A DNA stretch of 64,000 bases from a virus. A model generated the notes under the pieces. It was not told the origin of the DNA, did not search any database, and saw nothing but the letters and a program-made list of their open reading frames with translations. Location of the stretch: positions 4,680 to 68,679 of the IMG/VR virus record IMGVR_UViG_3300025030_000011. One strand, 5' to 3'. Both the position numbers and the translations under genes were made by a program. Shown here piece by piece: positions 28,672 to 38,678 of the stretch (the stretch's first letter is position 1; every line of letters begins with the position of its first letter).

Positions 28672-29253
28672 TTACACTTCAGTTTTTATCAAAGCGATAT
28701 TGTTTTGATCTAAAATAAACATAATTTCATTTTCAACAGTCCTTCTATTTGTTTCAGCATTCTTTTTGAGTATTTCCAACAATGAAGAATCTCTAAGTTC
28801 AAAAGTAAGTAATATTTGATTTATAGAAGATTTACTTTCTACTTTGTTTTCCAGTTGTTCTTTTATTTCTGCTGTTGTTACTATTCTTGGAACTTCAATT
28901 ATGCTTGATTTATCTCCATCACTTAAAAATACAGTAGTTTTTTGTTTAGGTTGTATTTCAATATGCTTTACAGCACTATGACTTTTACAATTTTTAGGCT
29001 TACTTGGGCCTTTCTGCTTCATATAACAAGTATAACAAAGCCCTTTTGCAACAAGTTGTGTGTTTTCTTTTTTACATGAGGGATTAATGCATGTTCCTTT
29101 TTTCGCCATAACAAATTCTCCTTTTTTAATTCTATTGTCGATCATAACAGGCCCACGCCAACCACAAGAATAACAAGCCGGGGAAAATATTACGCCCCTT
29201 AATGTTCTTTCTTCCTCCATGAAACATAATGAATTACATCTATCACATATCAT
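28672..29253 (-). CDS. Zn-finger hypothetical protein
   Basis: Several CxxC; KGLCYTCY; Arc-like RR..ENEI tail. Confidence 0.5.
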   Translation of the reverse strand: MICDRCNSLCFMEEERTLRGVIFSPACYSCGWRGPVMIDNRIKKGEFVMAKKGTCINPSCKKENTQLVAKGLCYTCYMKQKGPSKPKNCKSHSAVKHIEIQPKQKTTVFLSDGDKSSIIEVPRIVTTAEIKEQLENKVESKSSINQILLTFELRDSSLLEILKKNAETNRRTVENEIMFILDQNNIALIKTEV

Positions 29254-29260
29254 AAAATTC

Positions 29261-30173
29261 CTATTTACTTAAAAATAAAGCTTCTTCAGGCTTAAAACCT
29301 GCACTTATAAAAGCATCATATTTAGCTTTGCTATGTTTTGCATTTATTTCATAAAATTCCAGCATAGCATTGTATGTTTCATTCATTTCTTTAGTTAATC
29401 CCTTAATCATAAATACTTTTGGAATGTCGGGAAAGACAACTTTAAATTCATTTTTCATTTTATTTCATCCCCATATAACATTTTCAATAATCTGCCAATT
29501 TCTATATCTGCTTCAGTAATTTTATTTGCGGCTAATATAGAAATTGTAACTACTCCAAAGAATATCCCTAATACAAAACAAATAAAATATCACATAACTC
29601 AACCCTCCTTCAATATGTATTGAAAATCAGTTTGCCTGTCTTCCCCTCTATTGACACGCTTAATGATACCTCTTCCAAGCAACGCTTGTGCTGTTGGTTT
29701 GTACACCGATACCTTAACACAGGTGAAGGGTAGCTCTAACTTGCTATACAGATACCAAGCGAATGTGGTGCGATCTTGAAATAATTTAAAGTTCTGTTGC
29801 ATTGCTCCCAAAATTATTTGCATATCATCAGAAGGTTCTTTTAGTTTTTCTTTCCTATCCCCAAAAATTACATCACTGAATGTTGCTCCGTTCCTTGTTA
29901 TCATTGTTTCATCCTCATTATTTCATTGTATATGTTTTCTGCTTGTTTCAATTCTTTTTGTGCTTGTTCTAGTTTAGTTAGTACTTTAACAAGTATAAAT
30001 TCATGCGCTTCTTTCCAAGAATTAAAATAGTTACCCCAATTTGATCTTATTTTGCGTCTGTGTTTATCACCTTTTACCCAAATAAAAGAATCTGTTTCTC
30101 TTTCTACTTCTACAGTTGCTATTTTTGCTCCAGGTTTTCCGCAATATACTGATACCACATACATTGTTTTCAT
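29261..30173 (-). CDS. Cluster of small hypothetical ORFs (29261-29458, 29599-29904, 29901-30173)
   Basis: Tightly packed ORFs, some with overlapping start/stop codons. Confidence 0.5.
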
Positions 30174-30817
30174 CGTCTATCCCCTCCTCCCATTTCTATT
30201 ACTAATCCCAAACCTTTAACTCTTGAAGCAATCCGTTGACCTAATCTATCTTTAATTTGGTTCAAATCTAAATTGGAAGTAAACACAGTCCTTAATTCAT
30301 GTGTATATCTTTCATCAAGAATTAAATAAATTATGTTTATAACCCAATCTGTTGGCTTTTCAACCCCAATATCATCAATGTATAGATGCTTTACTTTGCT
30401 GAATCTTTCTATTATTTCATCTTCTGTTTCACCTTCATCATTGTTATAAGTTCTTTTTATTCTTTGAAGAAGTTTGGACATAGTTATAAATTCAATTTCA
30501 TATTCGTTTTTGTTCACATAGTCATTATGTATTAAAGCTGATGCTAAATGAGTTTTCCCACAACCACTTTCTCCAAAGATGTAGAGGCTTTTAGATTTAT
30601 CTACATCAGATAAAATCTCTGTATCAAAATCATCAAGTGTTGCTTTTTTATAAATTGGTGGGAAGTTTATCTTATCTTGAAATTTAATGTAATTCAATTT
30701 ACGTCTTACTAAAGTGTAATGGGGTTTACACCAATCACCTTCCATCCCAATAGGTGAAGTTATATGTATGTGACCGTCTTCTTTACAGCCATCATAAGAG
30801 CATTGCGGAGATTTCAT
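30170..30817 (-). CDS. DnaC/IstB-like helicase loader ATPase
   Basis: GESGCGKTHLA, LYIDDIG.E, TSN, RIASR. Confidence 0.88.
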   Translation of the reverse strand: MKSPQCSYDGCKEDGHIHITSPIGMEGDWCKPHYTLVRRKLNYIKFQDKINFPPIYKKATLDDFDTEILSDVDKSKSLYIFGESGCGKTHLASALIHNDYVNKNEYEIEFITMSKLLQRIKRTYNNDEGETEDEIIERFSKVKHLYIDDIGVEKPTDWVINIIYLILDERYTHELRTVFTSNLDLNQIKDRLGQRIASRVKGLGLVIEMGGGDRR

Positions 30818-31737
30818 TTAGGCAATCCTTTCGTATTTGTTATACACATGTCAACTTTAGATAAGTTAGTTGGTTCTTCAGATTTATCTTTTTTACTATA
30901 ATAATTCGGATTAAACCCTTTTTGTTGAGGATATTGTTTTCTTTGTTTCTTTTCAAACGATTCTTTAAAAAATAAACCAGTCCAACCATTTTTAATCGAA
31001 TCTTCTATCACCTCTATAATACCTTGAATATCTCGCTTGTAATATTTCCTCATGTCGGCAACAATTAATTCTACAGCACGTTCTGTAATGATTGCTTTCT
31101 TCTTTTTACGCATTGTTACATAACTTATCCACAATGTATTAAATTCTTCATTTTCTATATAAGTTTTTGGGAATTGTCCTAAATATAATTCGTCAATTTT
31201 AAATGTATCAATTTTAGAGGACTTCTTTTTCTTCACAACTCCCTGCTGATTCTCTTCAATGATTCTTTTCTTTTGAATCTCTTCTATAGGAGCGGTAATT
31301 TCTACCGGTCGGATTTGACCTTTTTTACCGGTCGGATTCGGTAAAAAATACCGGTCGGATTTTGTACTTTCTACCGGTAATTTCTTCCGGTCGGATTCTT
31401 CGTGTTCTGATACTTCATCATCTTCATCAAAAATATAATGCTTCACAAAAAAGTATTCGTTTGTTCTATGTTGTGCTTTTTCTTCAGGTGTAGGAATAAC
31501 AACCTTTAGAAAGCCTTTTTGTTCTAATCCATGTAAAGCGTCCCTTACAGTCTTTTCCGTCAACGCTAATTCAATAGCTATTGTTTTTTGTTTAGGGTAA
31601 CACGATCTATTCTTACCCATAAACTGAGCTAGTCTTGCCCAGACTACTTTTTCTACAAGTTTTAAACCTTTATACGTCAATAAACAATTCGGTAACTGGC
31701 ATCCAAAAAACTTGTTATATGGATTGAATAATTTCAT
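30814..31737 (-). CDS. Replication initiator (lambda O-like, N-terminal HTH)
   Basis: CYPKQKTIA...TV..AL..LE.KG wHTH; SI.NGW.GLF C-terminus; internal iterons; upstream of the loader. Confidence 0.8.
   Translation of the reverse strand: MKLFNPYNKFFGCQLPNCLLTYKGLKLVEKVVWARLAQFMGKNRSCYPKQKTIAIELALTEKTVRDALHGLEQKGFLKVVIPTPEEKAQHRTNEYFFVKHYIFDEDDEVSEHEESDRKKLPVESTKSDRYFLPNPTGKKGQIRPVEITAPIEEIQKKRIIEENQQGVVKKKKSSKIDTFKIDELYLGQFPKTYIENEEFNTLWISYVTMRKKKKAIITERAVELIVADMRKYYKRDIQGIIEVIEDSIKNGWTGLFFKESFEKKQRKQYPQQKGFNPNYYSKKDKSEEPTNLSKVDMCITNTKGLPK
31293..31397. repeat. Iteron array, probable replication origin
   Basis: TACCGGTCGGATT at 31303, 31326, 31349 (23-bp period), partial at 31372, variant at 31385. 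Confidence 0.8.
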
Positions 31738-32285
31738 TGTTTATTTCTTATAACTTGTTTCAATTTAGTGGATATTTTATATTTTTCTAGTTCTGCTACA
31801 GACGCCCAATCTGCATCTTTAATAAGTGTTGTGTTTTCGTAAATACTCATTAATTCTTCAACAGTTTCAATTTTATTAAAAGCGTGAACTAAACCTTTTT
31901 TAAAATGAGTTACATAATTTTCATTGTTATTTATAGGTAAACCTAAACATACAATGTCTTTAGTATTTTTTTGTTCTTCAATTACATGCAAACCGTTAAA
32001 AAAGCCTTTCAACATAAATTTTGCATTCAAAGAACATGATTTCATATATTTATTGAGTGATTCATCTAATTCATGTGTATCTGCATGACATTTATTACAC
32101 AAACACATTAACTCTTCTTTTGTATAATCCCAAATCATTGCTCCACGTTTGTAAAACGGATGATGTACATGCAACTCTGTTTCTTTGTCACCACATTCTT
32201 GACAGGTGTAATTGTGCAACTCTAAAACTTCTAACCTTTTCTTCTGCCATAACGGATGCTTCATTTGCCGGTGGTAGTTCATCAT
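31734..32285 (-). CDS. HNH endonuclease-like protein
   Basis: P.WQKKR, CQEC, LHVHH, LCNKCH. Confidence 0.8.
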   Translation of the reverse strand: MMNYHRQMKHPLWQKKRLEVLELHNYTCQECGDKETELHVHHPFYKRGAMIWDYTKEELMCLCNKCHADTHELDESLNKYMKSCSLNAKFMLKGFFNGLHVIEEQKNTKDIVCLGLPINNNENYVTHFKKGLVHAFNKIETVEELMSIYENTTLIKDADWASVAELEKYKISTKLKQVIRNKQ

Positions 32286-32436
32286 TTCTTTCTCCTTTTT
32301 TGGGGTTCAACGAAAAACCCCCTAACTACAGGGACAAGCTGCAATTAAGGGGTTCTCGTTCTGACTGTCGCAGTTAAGCAACAAATCATATCGTTACACG
32401 GCATCTTGTCCATACCGTTTTATGTAAGTGTTGCAT

Positions 32437-32465
32437 AACATATACAAAGCTTTTATTAATGTCAA
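32437..32465 (-). promoter_or_regulatory. Sigma70-type promoter for the HNH/initiator operon
   Basis: TTGACA-17-TATGTT. Confidence 0.65.
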
Positions 32466-32842
32466 GCTAAGTTTATTTAACTGCAATTCTAGCTAAACCA
32501 ACAACTATTAAAGCACCTAATACAACAAGTAAACCTATACCCCCTGTGGCTATTGTTACAATACCCAATAGTATAATCCAACCTATAACAGCCATTGTCA
32601 TCACCTTCCTTTCTTATGATATGAATTTAGATCAAGGCTATTTCTATTGCTTTCTGTCTCACCAAACAATAATACTTTCTTGCTGCTTTTCCTTTCCCAT
32701 TATATTTTCGTATAGCAGTTTTGATGCATCCTTTATTCTCTGATAATATTATATTCATTATATATTCGTATTGCTTTATCTGATGTTACTAATAGTTTAT
32801 TAAATTTATATCCAATTAAAGATTGAATTTGCATACACACTC

Positions 32843-33355
32843 CTATAATTTTGGTATATTTTGCAATTCTTTAATTATATTATCAGCGTATTTACGTTTT
32901 GTAATATCACCTCCATATTGATTTAAAGCTTTCTTTATATTACCTTTATTTTCTTTAACTAAATCTTCCAAAATACACTCTGCTTGTAATGCTTGCATAG
33001 TTGCGTCATGACTAACATAACCGTGTATTTTTGGATTTACTTGCCAAGCTCCTTGATATTGTTTTTTATAACCCCCTTTTCGACTAGTTATAGTTGCTCC
33101 TTCTTTTATTGCTATAGCCGCCATAAGACGTGGAGAATGTGTTTCAAGACAAGCTGTTGCTAATTGTTCTGCTGATTTCACATTAGCTTTTTTAAAATAA
33201 TTTGTTAATTTTTGATGTTTATAATTTATATCGTTATGACATGTAATGCAATTCAATCTACTTTCCACGTATCCTTGCGCCAAAACTAAACAAGGTCTTT
33301 CCATCTGTACTGGAGAAATCATCAAGAATGAAGATAATAGAATAGTATTTAGCAT
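32843..33355 (-). CDS. Lytic transglycosylase-like protein with signal peptide and CXXCH
   Basis: AAIAIKE, GAWQVN, KALNQYGG..Y. Confidence 0.6.
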   Translation of the reverse strand: MLNTILLSSFLMISPVQMERPCLVLAQGYVESRLNCITCHNDINYKHQKLTNYFKKANVKSAEQLATACLETHSPRLMAAIAIKEGATITSRKGGYKKQYQGAWQVNPKIHGYVSHDATMQALQAECILEDLVKENKGNIKKALNQYGGDITKRKYADNIIKELQNIPKL

Positions 33356-33367
33356 TAATACTCCTTT

Positions 33368-34297
33368 TTATTTTAGTCCAATGTCTTTCATCAAATAATG
33401 TGCTTCACGATCTGGCATATCACCGGGGTCTTTATATCCTTCTAATTCCAAGATTTCTACTTTTATCCCCCTTGCTGTTAATAGTGCCGCTAATTTTAAT
33501 GCTTGCTTTTGGGTAATCTTTCTTTTCTCTAAAGTTTCTTCAGCATCAAACATAATAAAGACTTGTTTATATCTTGAAGCTAATAAATTTACTTGATACA
33601 TCGTAAAAGCTATTCCAAATAAACATACCGCTCCATATCCTAACCTCCACAAATCTGCTCGGCCTTCCACAACTAAACATTTATCACCTCTTGTATGATC
33701 TAAACCGTCTAGGATATTTTGGTGATGTACTGCTTCATTTATTAGTTTACATGCTTTCCAAGGCTTTTCTGCTTTACCTGTTATATCCCTCCCTTGATAT
33801 GAGACAATTTTACCTTCATAATAAATTGGGGCTATTACACGCCACTTATAATCTCCAACAGCTTCTACACATTTTAATCCCCAAAGTTCCTCCAATTCTT
33901 CAGGATCAAAATTACGTCCTATGAGATAATCTTTAAATCTTTTAGTCAAAGGTTTAGAACCTTCAGGCAACCTACATTCTGAAATAGTCTTTACAGGCTC
34001 GTGGTTTGACTGTAGCGGGGTTTTTATCCTGTTACCCTGTTCACTGTATAGCTCATGTATATCAAACGCTTCTGAAACAGTTACATTCAACAATTCTTGT
34101 ATGAGGTCTATATGACTATGTGTTCCACATCTCCAGCATGATAAAGCCCCTGTTGCTAAATGAAATCCTAAGTTTGGGGAATGACTATTGCAGAAACAAC
34201 AAGATATATTTATCCAGCCTTGTGTTACTTTTTCACCTTTAGTAAAATACTGGATATTGAAATCAGTGTAAAATTTTATGATATTAAATACTTTCAT
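33368..34297 (-). CDS. DNA primase (Zn finger + TOPRIM)
   Basis: CCFC...CWRC, YL..R, YQGR, VVEG..D, MFD, KDPG. Confidence 0.8.
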   Translation of the reverse strand: MKVFNIIKFYTDFNIQYFTKGEKVTQGWINISCCFCNSHSPNLGFHLATGALSCWRCGTHSHIDLIQELLNVTVSEAFDIHELYSEQGNRIKTPLQSNHEPVKTISECRLPEGSKPLTKRFKDYLIGRNFDPEELEELWGLKCVEAVGDYKWRVIAPIYYEGKIVSYQGRDITGKAEKPWKACKLINEAVHHQNILDGLDHTRGDKCLVVEGRADLWRLGYGAVCLFGIAFTMYQVNLLASRYKQVFIMFDAEETLEKRKITQKQALKLAALLTARGIKVEILELEGYKDPGDMPDREAHYLMKDIGLK

Positions 34298-34715
34298 AGG
34301 TATGATTGATTATTGAATAAAGACCTTTGAGGTCATTTATTGAATTTTTAGCTTTTGTTTTTGTTTTATTTACAGAATGATTTTTCCATAATTTTTTACC
34401 TATTTTACAATAATCTACATAAAATTCATTTTTAAATTCCACTATTCTGACTTTTACTGACTCTTTCATTTATCCCCCTCTTTTTGTCTTTTATTTACAA
34501 ACGCAGATTTCTTGCTTTACTACACAAATCACAGGAATGACGCACAGCTTTAATGTATCGGAGGTAGTTGGTTCATGTTCTTCGGCATGAATGCATTTAC
34601 CTTTACAATTGTGTTTATCGGCTAAATTACAAACAACTTTTTTAATTTTGTTCATAATCCTCTCCTTTTTATTATTTAATGGTGTTAAAGGTGATTTTAA
34701 TTTTAAATCTTTCAT
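34284..34715 (-). CDS. Two small hypothetical ORFs (34284-34469; 34491-34715)
   Basis: RBS-preceded ORFs. Confidence 0.45.
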
Positions 34716-34729
34716 AGCTTTATATCTCC

Positions 34730-34879
34730 TTACCAAGACCTAGACCTAGACCAAGACATAGACCAAGACATAGACATAGACCTAGACCCAGACATAGACA
34801 TAGACCTAGACCTAGACATAGACCCAGACATAGACATAGACATAGACACTTTATTTAATATATGTATTGGTATTAACAT
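34730..34879 (-). CDS. Ser-X repeat microprotein copy 1 (49 aa, MLIPIHILNKV-SMSM...SW), absent from the ORF track
   Basis: GGAG RBS, conserved leader, TCT-NNN hexamer array. Confidence 0.65.
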   Translation of the reverse strand: MLIPIHILNKVSMSMSMSGSMSRSRSMSMSGSRSMSMSWSMSWSRSRSW

Positions 34880-34894
34880 AGCTTTATGCTCCAA

Positions 34895-35107
34895 TCACCT
34901 TTTGTGAAATTCTGGGCCGATTTTATGTTCATTGATTGCTTGATAAAGTAGTTTAGCATGAACAATGTTTATTGGGCGTAAATTACAACCGTTGTTTATT
35001 GATCTTACACAAACACCAGATATTTCAGATAACCTTTCATTTGATAGTTTCTTATCCTTTTTCTTTGCTGCAAGGCAAGGTAGTATAACATATCTAGGTT
35101 TATTCAT
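34895..35107 (-). CDS. Putative XRE-type HTH protein
   Basis: LSNERLSEISGVCVRSI pattern. Confidence 0.5.
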   Translation of the reverse strand: MNKPRYVILPCLAAKKKDKKLSNERLSEISGVCVRSINNGCNLRPINIVHAKLLYQAINEHKIGPEFHKR

Positions 35108-35122
35108 TTATAACCTTTTCTT

Positions 35123-35722
35123 TCATGTTGTCCTCCTTGATTTCGTTTTAGGTATTTTACAACTTAAATCATAAGTTCCGTTTTTTCTATTCCCTGTACT
35201 CCCACAAGAATATTCCCAAGTTTCTCTATACACGTTTTCATCTTTAATAACAAAACTTTCACAATGAGGGCATTTATCAGAAAGCATGTGATAATTTTGG
35301 GCTTGCATTACTTCTTTTCTTCTGATCGGGTCTATCAATTTAATATATGTTGTACAAAACTTATCTGCGCATTCAACACAAAGCAATACATCTACCCAAT
35401 AATTCTTTTTTTCGTCTATTCTTTTGTATTTACAGCTAATAGGAGGGTGTTTCATCCAACCTGCGTTTGGGCCTTCTGGTTCATGATGTTCTGTTTCTGT
35501 AGGTCTTTGCTTGCCCGTAGTTCTTCTACTCTTTTTGGGGGTATCTAGGGCTTTATCTATACCTATTATTGCTTCTTCTTTGTCCTGTACTTCAATTTCG
35601 TTTCCGTCAGGTTCAACAGTAAAATATTTACTGTTATCATACTTTCTGATTTTATAACCCCTGTAATCAATTTCATGATAGGCTGGGACAATTTGTTTTT
35701 TTATGCCTGTGGTTCTTGCCAT
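35123..35722 (-). CDS. Hypothetical Cys-rich protein carrying three RTT(G) motifs
   Basis: AGGAGG RBS; MARTTG start, internal SRRTTG, terminal SRRTT. Confidence 0.65.
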   Translation of the reverse strand: MARTTGIKKQIVPAYHEIDYRGYKIRKYDNSKYFTVEPDGNEIEVQDKEEAIIGIDKALDTPKKSRRTTGKQRPTETEHHEPEGPNAGWMKHPPISCKYKRIDEKKNYWVDVLLCVECADKFCTTYIKLIDPIRRKEVMQAQNYHMLSDKCPHCESFVIKDENVYRETWEYSCGSTGNRKNGTYDLSCKIPKTKSRRTT

Positions 35723-35930
35723 GTTTTTCCTCCTTTTAATATCGGTTGATAAAATGCTTCAGTTTTTATTTTTATCATATCTTGAAATTCTTTTGAATGC
35801 TGTACTTCAGCATCGTCAATTATTATTTGATTTGTAGTTTTTCCATGTAATGCATATTTCAAAGCATCTATTTGATGGTCATTTTATTGTGCTCCTTTTA
35901 TTTCCAAATCTATCGTAGCTTTATATCTCC

Positions 35931-36230
35931 TTATATAGACCCAGACCTAGACCTAGACCTAGACCTAGACATAGACATAGGCCTAGACCCAGACCCAGAC
36001 CTAGACATAGACATAGACCCAAAGGTAAACCTAGACCTAAACCCAGACCTAGACCTAGACCTAGACATAAACATAGACCTAAAGCCAGACCTAGACCCAG
36101 ACCTAGACCCAGACCTAGACATAGACATAGACCTAGAGCCAGACCTAGACCTAGACCTAGACCTAGACCTAGACCCAGACCTAGACCCAGACCTAGACAT
36201 ATCATTTAATACATGTATTGGTGCTAGCAT
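35931..36230 (-). CDS. Ser-X repeat microprotein copy 2 (99 aa)
   Basis: GGAG RBS; MLAPIHVLNDM leader; (TCTAGG)-type array. Confidence 0.65.
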   Translation of the reverse strand: MLAPIHVLNDMSRSGSRSGSRSRSRSRSRSGSRSMSMSRSGSRSGSRSGFRSMFMSRSRSRSGFRSRFTFGSMSMSRSGSGSRPMSMSRSRSRSRSGSI

Positions 36231-36231
36231 T

Positions 36232-37734
36232 TTATACTCCAATCAAATCATTAAATATTGAAGTTTCATTTTCTTCTACTCCATCCAACGCTTGATCTAT
36301 AATTTTTGATTTAGCTTCTAACTCTTTTAAATTATCTTCATCACAAGTATTAATTCCCACAAAATAATAAGCAAAAATACAATCTGCTAATTGACCAATC
36401 CGATTAACTCTGTCTTCAGCTTGGAGATGTTTAGCAGGACTATGTGAAAGTATTTCAATTGTAGCTGTTGCGCTTGCTGCTGTTAACGTTAAACCCGTGC
36501 CTGCTGCTATTATATTTCCAGACAATAACTTTATTTTGGGATTATTCTGAAATTCCTCTACAGCTTTATTTCTTTCATTTAAAGACATACCTCCATAAAT
36601 TCTTACAGTATTATCTTTAAATTCTTCATATACTAAATCAACTATTTTTCTATGATTTGCAAATACAACAAGCTTTAAACCACTTTCAAGATAATCTTCT
36701 ATCCAATTCAATGCTGCTTCAAGTTTACCTAAAGCTGCTGTCTGGGATAGTTTTTCAGAACGTGATAGATGATCTAATGTCCTATCAGCTTTAATTGCTT
36801 TATACACATTCATGTTGTCAATTTCAAGCGGTATTGCCGTTCTTATCAATCTAGGTAAATCTTTTAGTACATCACCTTTTAAACGTCTTATCATAATAGC
36901 AGATAATTTTTGGAAAAGTTCTGGTATATTTGTTGCCCCATTCTTAGTCATTCCAAAACCGTTTGCCTTTAAATCACAATACCTTTTTGCAAATTCCCAT
37001 CTACTTGGGAATAAATTAGGTTCCACAATATTTATTGCGTTATAAGCATCAATAGGTCTATTCTCTATTAAGGTTCCTGTTACTGCAATTACTTTGGGGA
37101 TATTTTTGGAAAGTTTTATTGTTGCTTTTGTTCTAGTTGCTTTAATACTCTTTATGGCTTGAACTTCATCAAGTATCAATATTTTTATTCCTGCTGCTTT
37201 TAATACAAGGTGCCAATCAAATAAAATATCATAGTTTATTATTATGATACCTGTTTTGGGGATATTCTTTATTTCTTGAAATTTTAAATCACCTGAACCG
37301 GATAAATAAACCTCTTGTATACTTTTCTTTATTTTGCCTGATACAACATAGACTCTGTTTTCTTCCCTACGTTCTAACCACATAAATGTTTCCTTAGCCC
37401 AGTTTAATTTTAATGTTGCAGGACAAACAACTAAAACTAATCTGTCATTAGGATGTAATTGTAAATAACCCAATGATTGGGCAGTTTTGCCCAGACCCAT
37501 ATCATCCCCAAGAATTGCTCTTCCTTTTTGTCTATCAATAAAATAAACACCGTCTAATTGATAGTCAAAAAGAGGTTTAGCAATTTTGAGGATATGAAAA
37601 TCTTTAGGTCTATTTAAAGCTTTATATTTAATTATCTCTCCTGCTTTATTATAACTGTCTTTAGGCTTGCTGGTTTTAGTTATAGCGGGGTTTTTCTTGT
37701 TTAGTAATGCTTTGACTTGCTTTAAATCTATCAT
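36232..37734 (-). CDS. SNF2-family (HARP-like) helicase
   Basis: GDDMGLGKT, VVCP, DEVQ, TGT.IEN, QAEDR..RIGQ. Confidence 0.9.
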   Translation of the reverse strand: MIDLKQVKALLNKKNPAITKTSKPKDSYNKAGEIIKYKALNRPKDFHILKIAKPLFDYQLDGVYFIDRQKGRAILGDDMGLGKTAQSLGYLQLHPNDRLVLVVCPATLKLNWAKETFMWLERREENRVYVVSGKIKKSIQEVYLSGSGDLKFQEIKNIPKTGIIIINYDILFDWHLVLKAAGIKILILDEVQAIKSIKATRTKATIKLSKNIPKVIAVTGTLIENRPIDAYNAINIVEPNLFPSRWEFAKRYCDLKANGFGMTKNGATNIPELFQKLSAIMIRRLKGDVLKDLPRLIRTAIPLEIDNMNVYKAIKADRTLDHLSRSEKLSQTAALGKLEAALNWIEDYLESGLKLVVFANHRKIVDLVYEEFKDNTVRIYGGMSLNERNKAVEEFQNNPKIKLLSGNIIAAGTGLTLTAASATATIEILSHSPAKHLQAEDRVNRIGQLADCIFAYYFVGINTCDEDNLKELEAKSKIIDQALDGVEENETSIFNDLIGV

Positions 37735-37748
37735 AGCTTTATACCTCC

Positions 37749-37970
37749 TTACCTAGACATAGACCTAGACCTAGATATAGGCCTAGACCCAGACCCAGAC
37801 CCAGACCTAGACCTAGACCTAGACCTAGACCTAGATATAAACCTAGACCCAGACCCAGACCTAGACATAGACATAGACATAGAGCCAGACCCAGACCTAG
37901 ACCTAGAGCTAGACCTAGACCTAGACCTAGACCTAGACACATTATTTAATATATGTAATGGTATTAGCAT
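37749..37970 (-). CDS. Ser-X repeat microprotein copy 3 (73 aa)
   Basis: ATG 1 nt after the upstream stop; MLIPLHILNNV leader. Confidence 0.65.
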   Translation of the reverse strand: MLIPLHILNNVSRSRSRSRSSSRSRSGSGSMSMSMSRSGSGSRFISRSRSRSRSRSGSGSGSRPISRSRSMSR

Positions 37971-37971
37971 T

Positions 37972-38292
37972 TTATTTTTGTTCCTTTGGTAAAGCATGTG
38001 TCCATGAATACACATCGACTATACTATTTATACTAACACGTACAGGAACATTAACAGGCTCAACTTCGTCCAATACTCCATCATTTATAGCTTGTGTAAA
38101 TCTCCCACTATCAGCAATCCATGCTGCTTCCTCTAAAAATATAAATTTATCCGTCACTTTAAAAATACGACCTGTCAAATGAAATGTTATAGTGCGAATA
38201 TAAACACATTCATCTACTATAAAATCTTCATTGTTGTTTTTCATCAAAGCTTTATAAACTTCCCCACGCACATTCACATTTGATTTTGTCAT
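37972..38292 (-). CDS. Small beta-rich protein, possibly Sm/LSm-like fold
   Basis: VYIRT..FHLTGRI..V....IFLEEAAWI pattern; AGGAG RBS. Confidence 0.6.
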   Translation of the reverse strand: MTKSNVNVRGEVYKALMKNNNEDFIVDECVYIRTITFHLTGRIFKVTDKFIFLEEAAWIADSGRFTQAINDGVLDEVEPVNVPVRVSINSIVDVYSWTHALPKEQK

Positions 38293-38678
38293 TGTTTCAG
38301 TCTCCTTTTGTTTTATGATTTGATTTTATGTTTATACTTTATTTTATTGTAAAAAGCTATTTAATTATTTCAAAACCGTAGTAAAATACCCCAGCACAAA
38401 TTGTATTATTATTGAATTTTATGTCGTATAATTCTGAATATGGGCCTAAATGCATATCTCCTATTATCCCCTAATGATATTTACTATATTCAGAATCTTC
38501 TATTTCCCAAAGATAGTATTCAATTAAAATACTATCCATAAAATTAGCTTGAATAATCCCTATATTCAAAGCCCCCCCCCCATGCTATGTTACATCTTTC
38601 TTGATAAATTTCTCCTGCCGTATAGTCCATTTTATTGTGCTCCTTTTATTTCCAAATCTATCATAGCTTTATACCTCC

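Noticed and set aside
35701-35879. Open frame DHQIDALKYAL...IIIDDAE resembling terminase motifs
   Set aside because: No in-frame start (the local ATG reads MTIK-stop); too short to separate a remnant from coincidence
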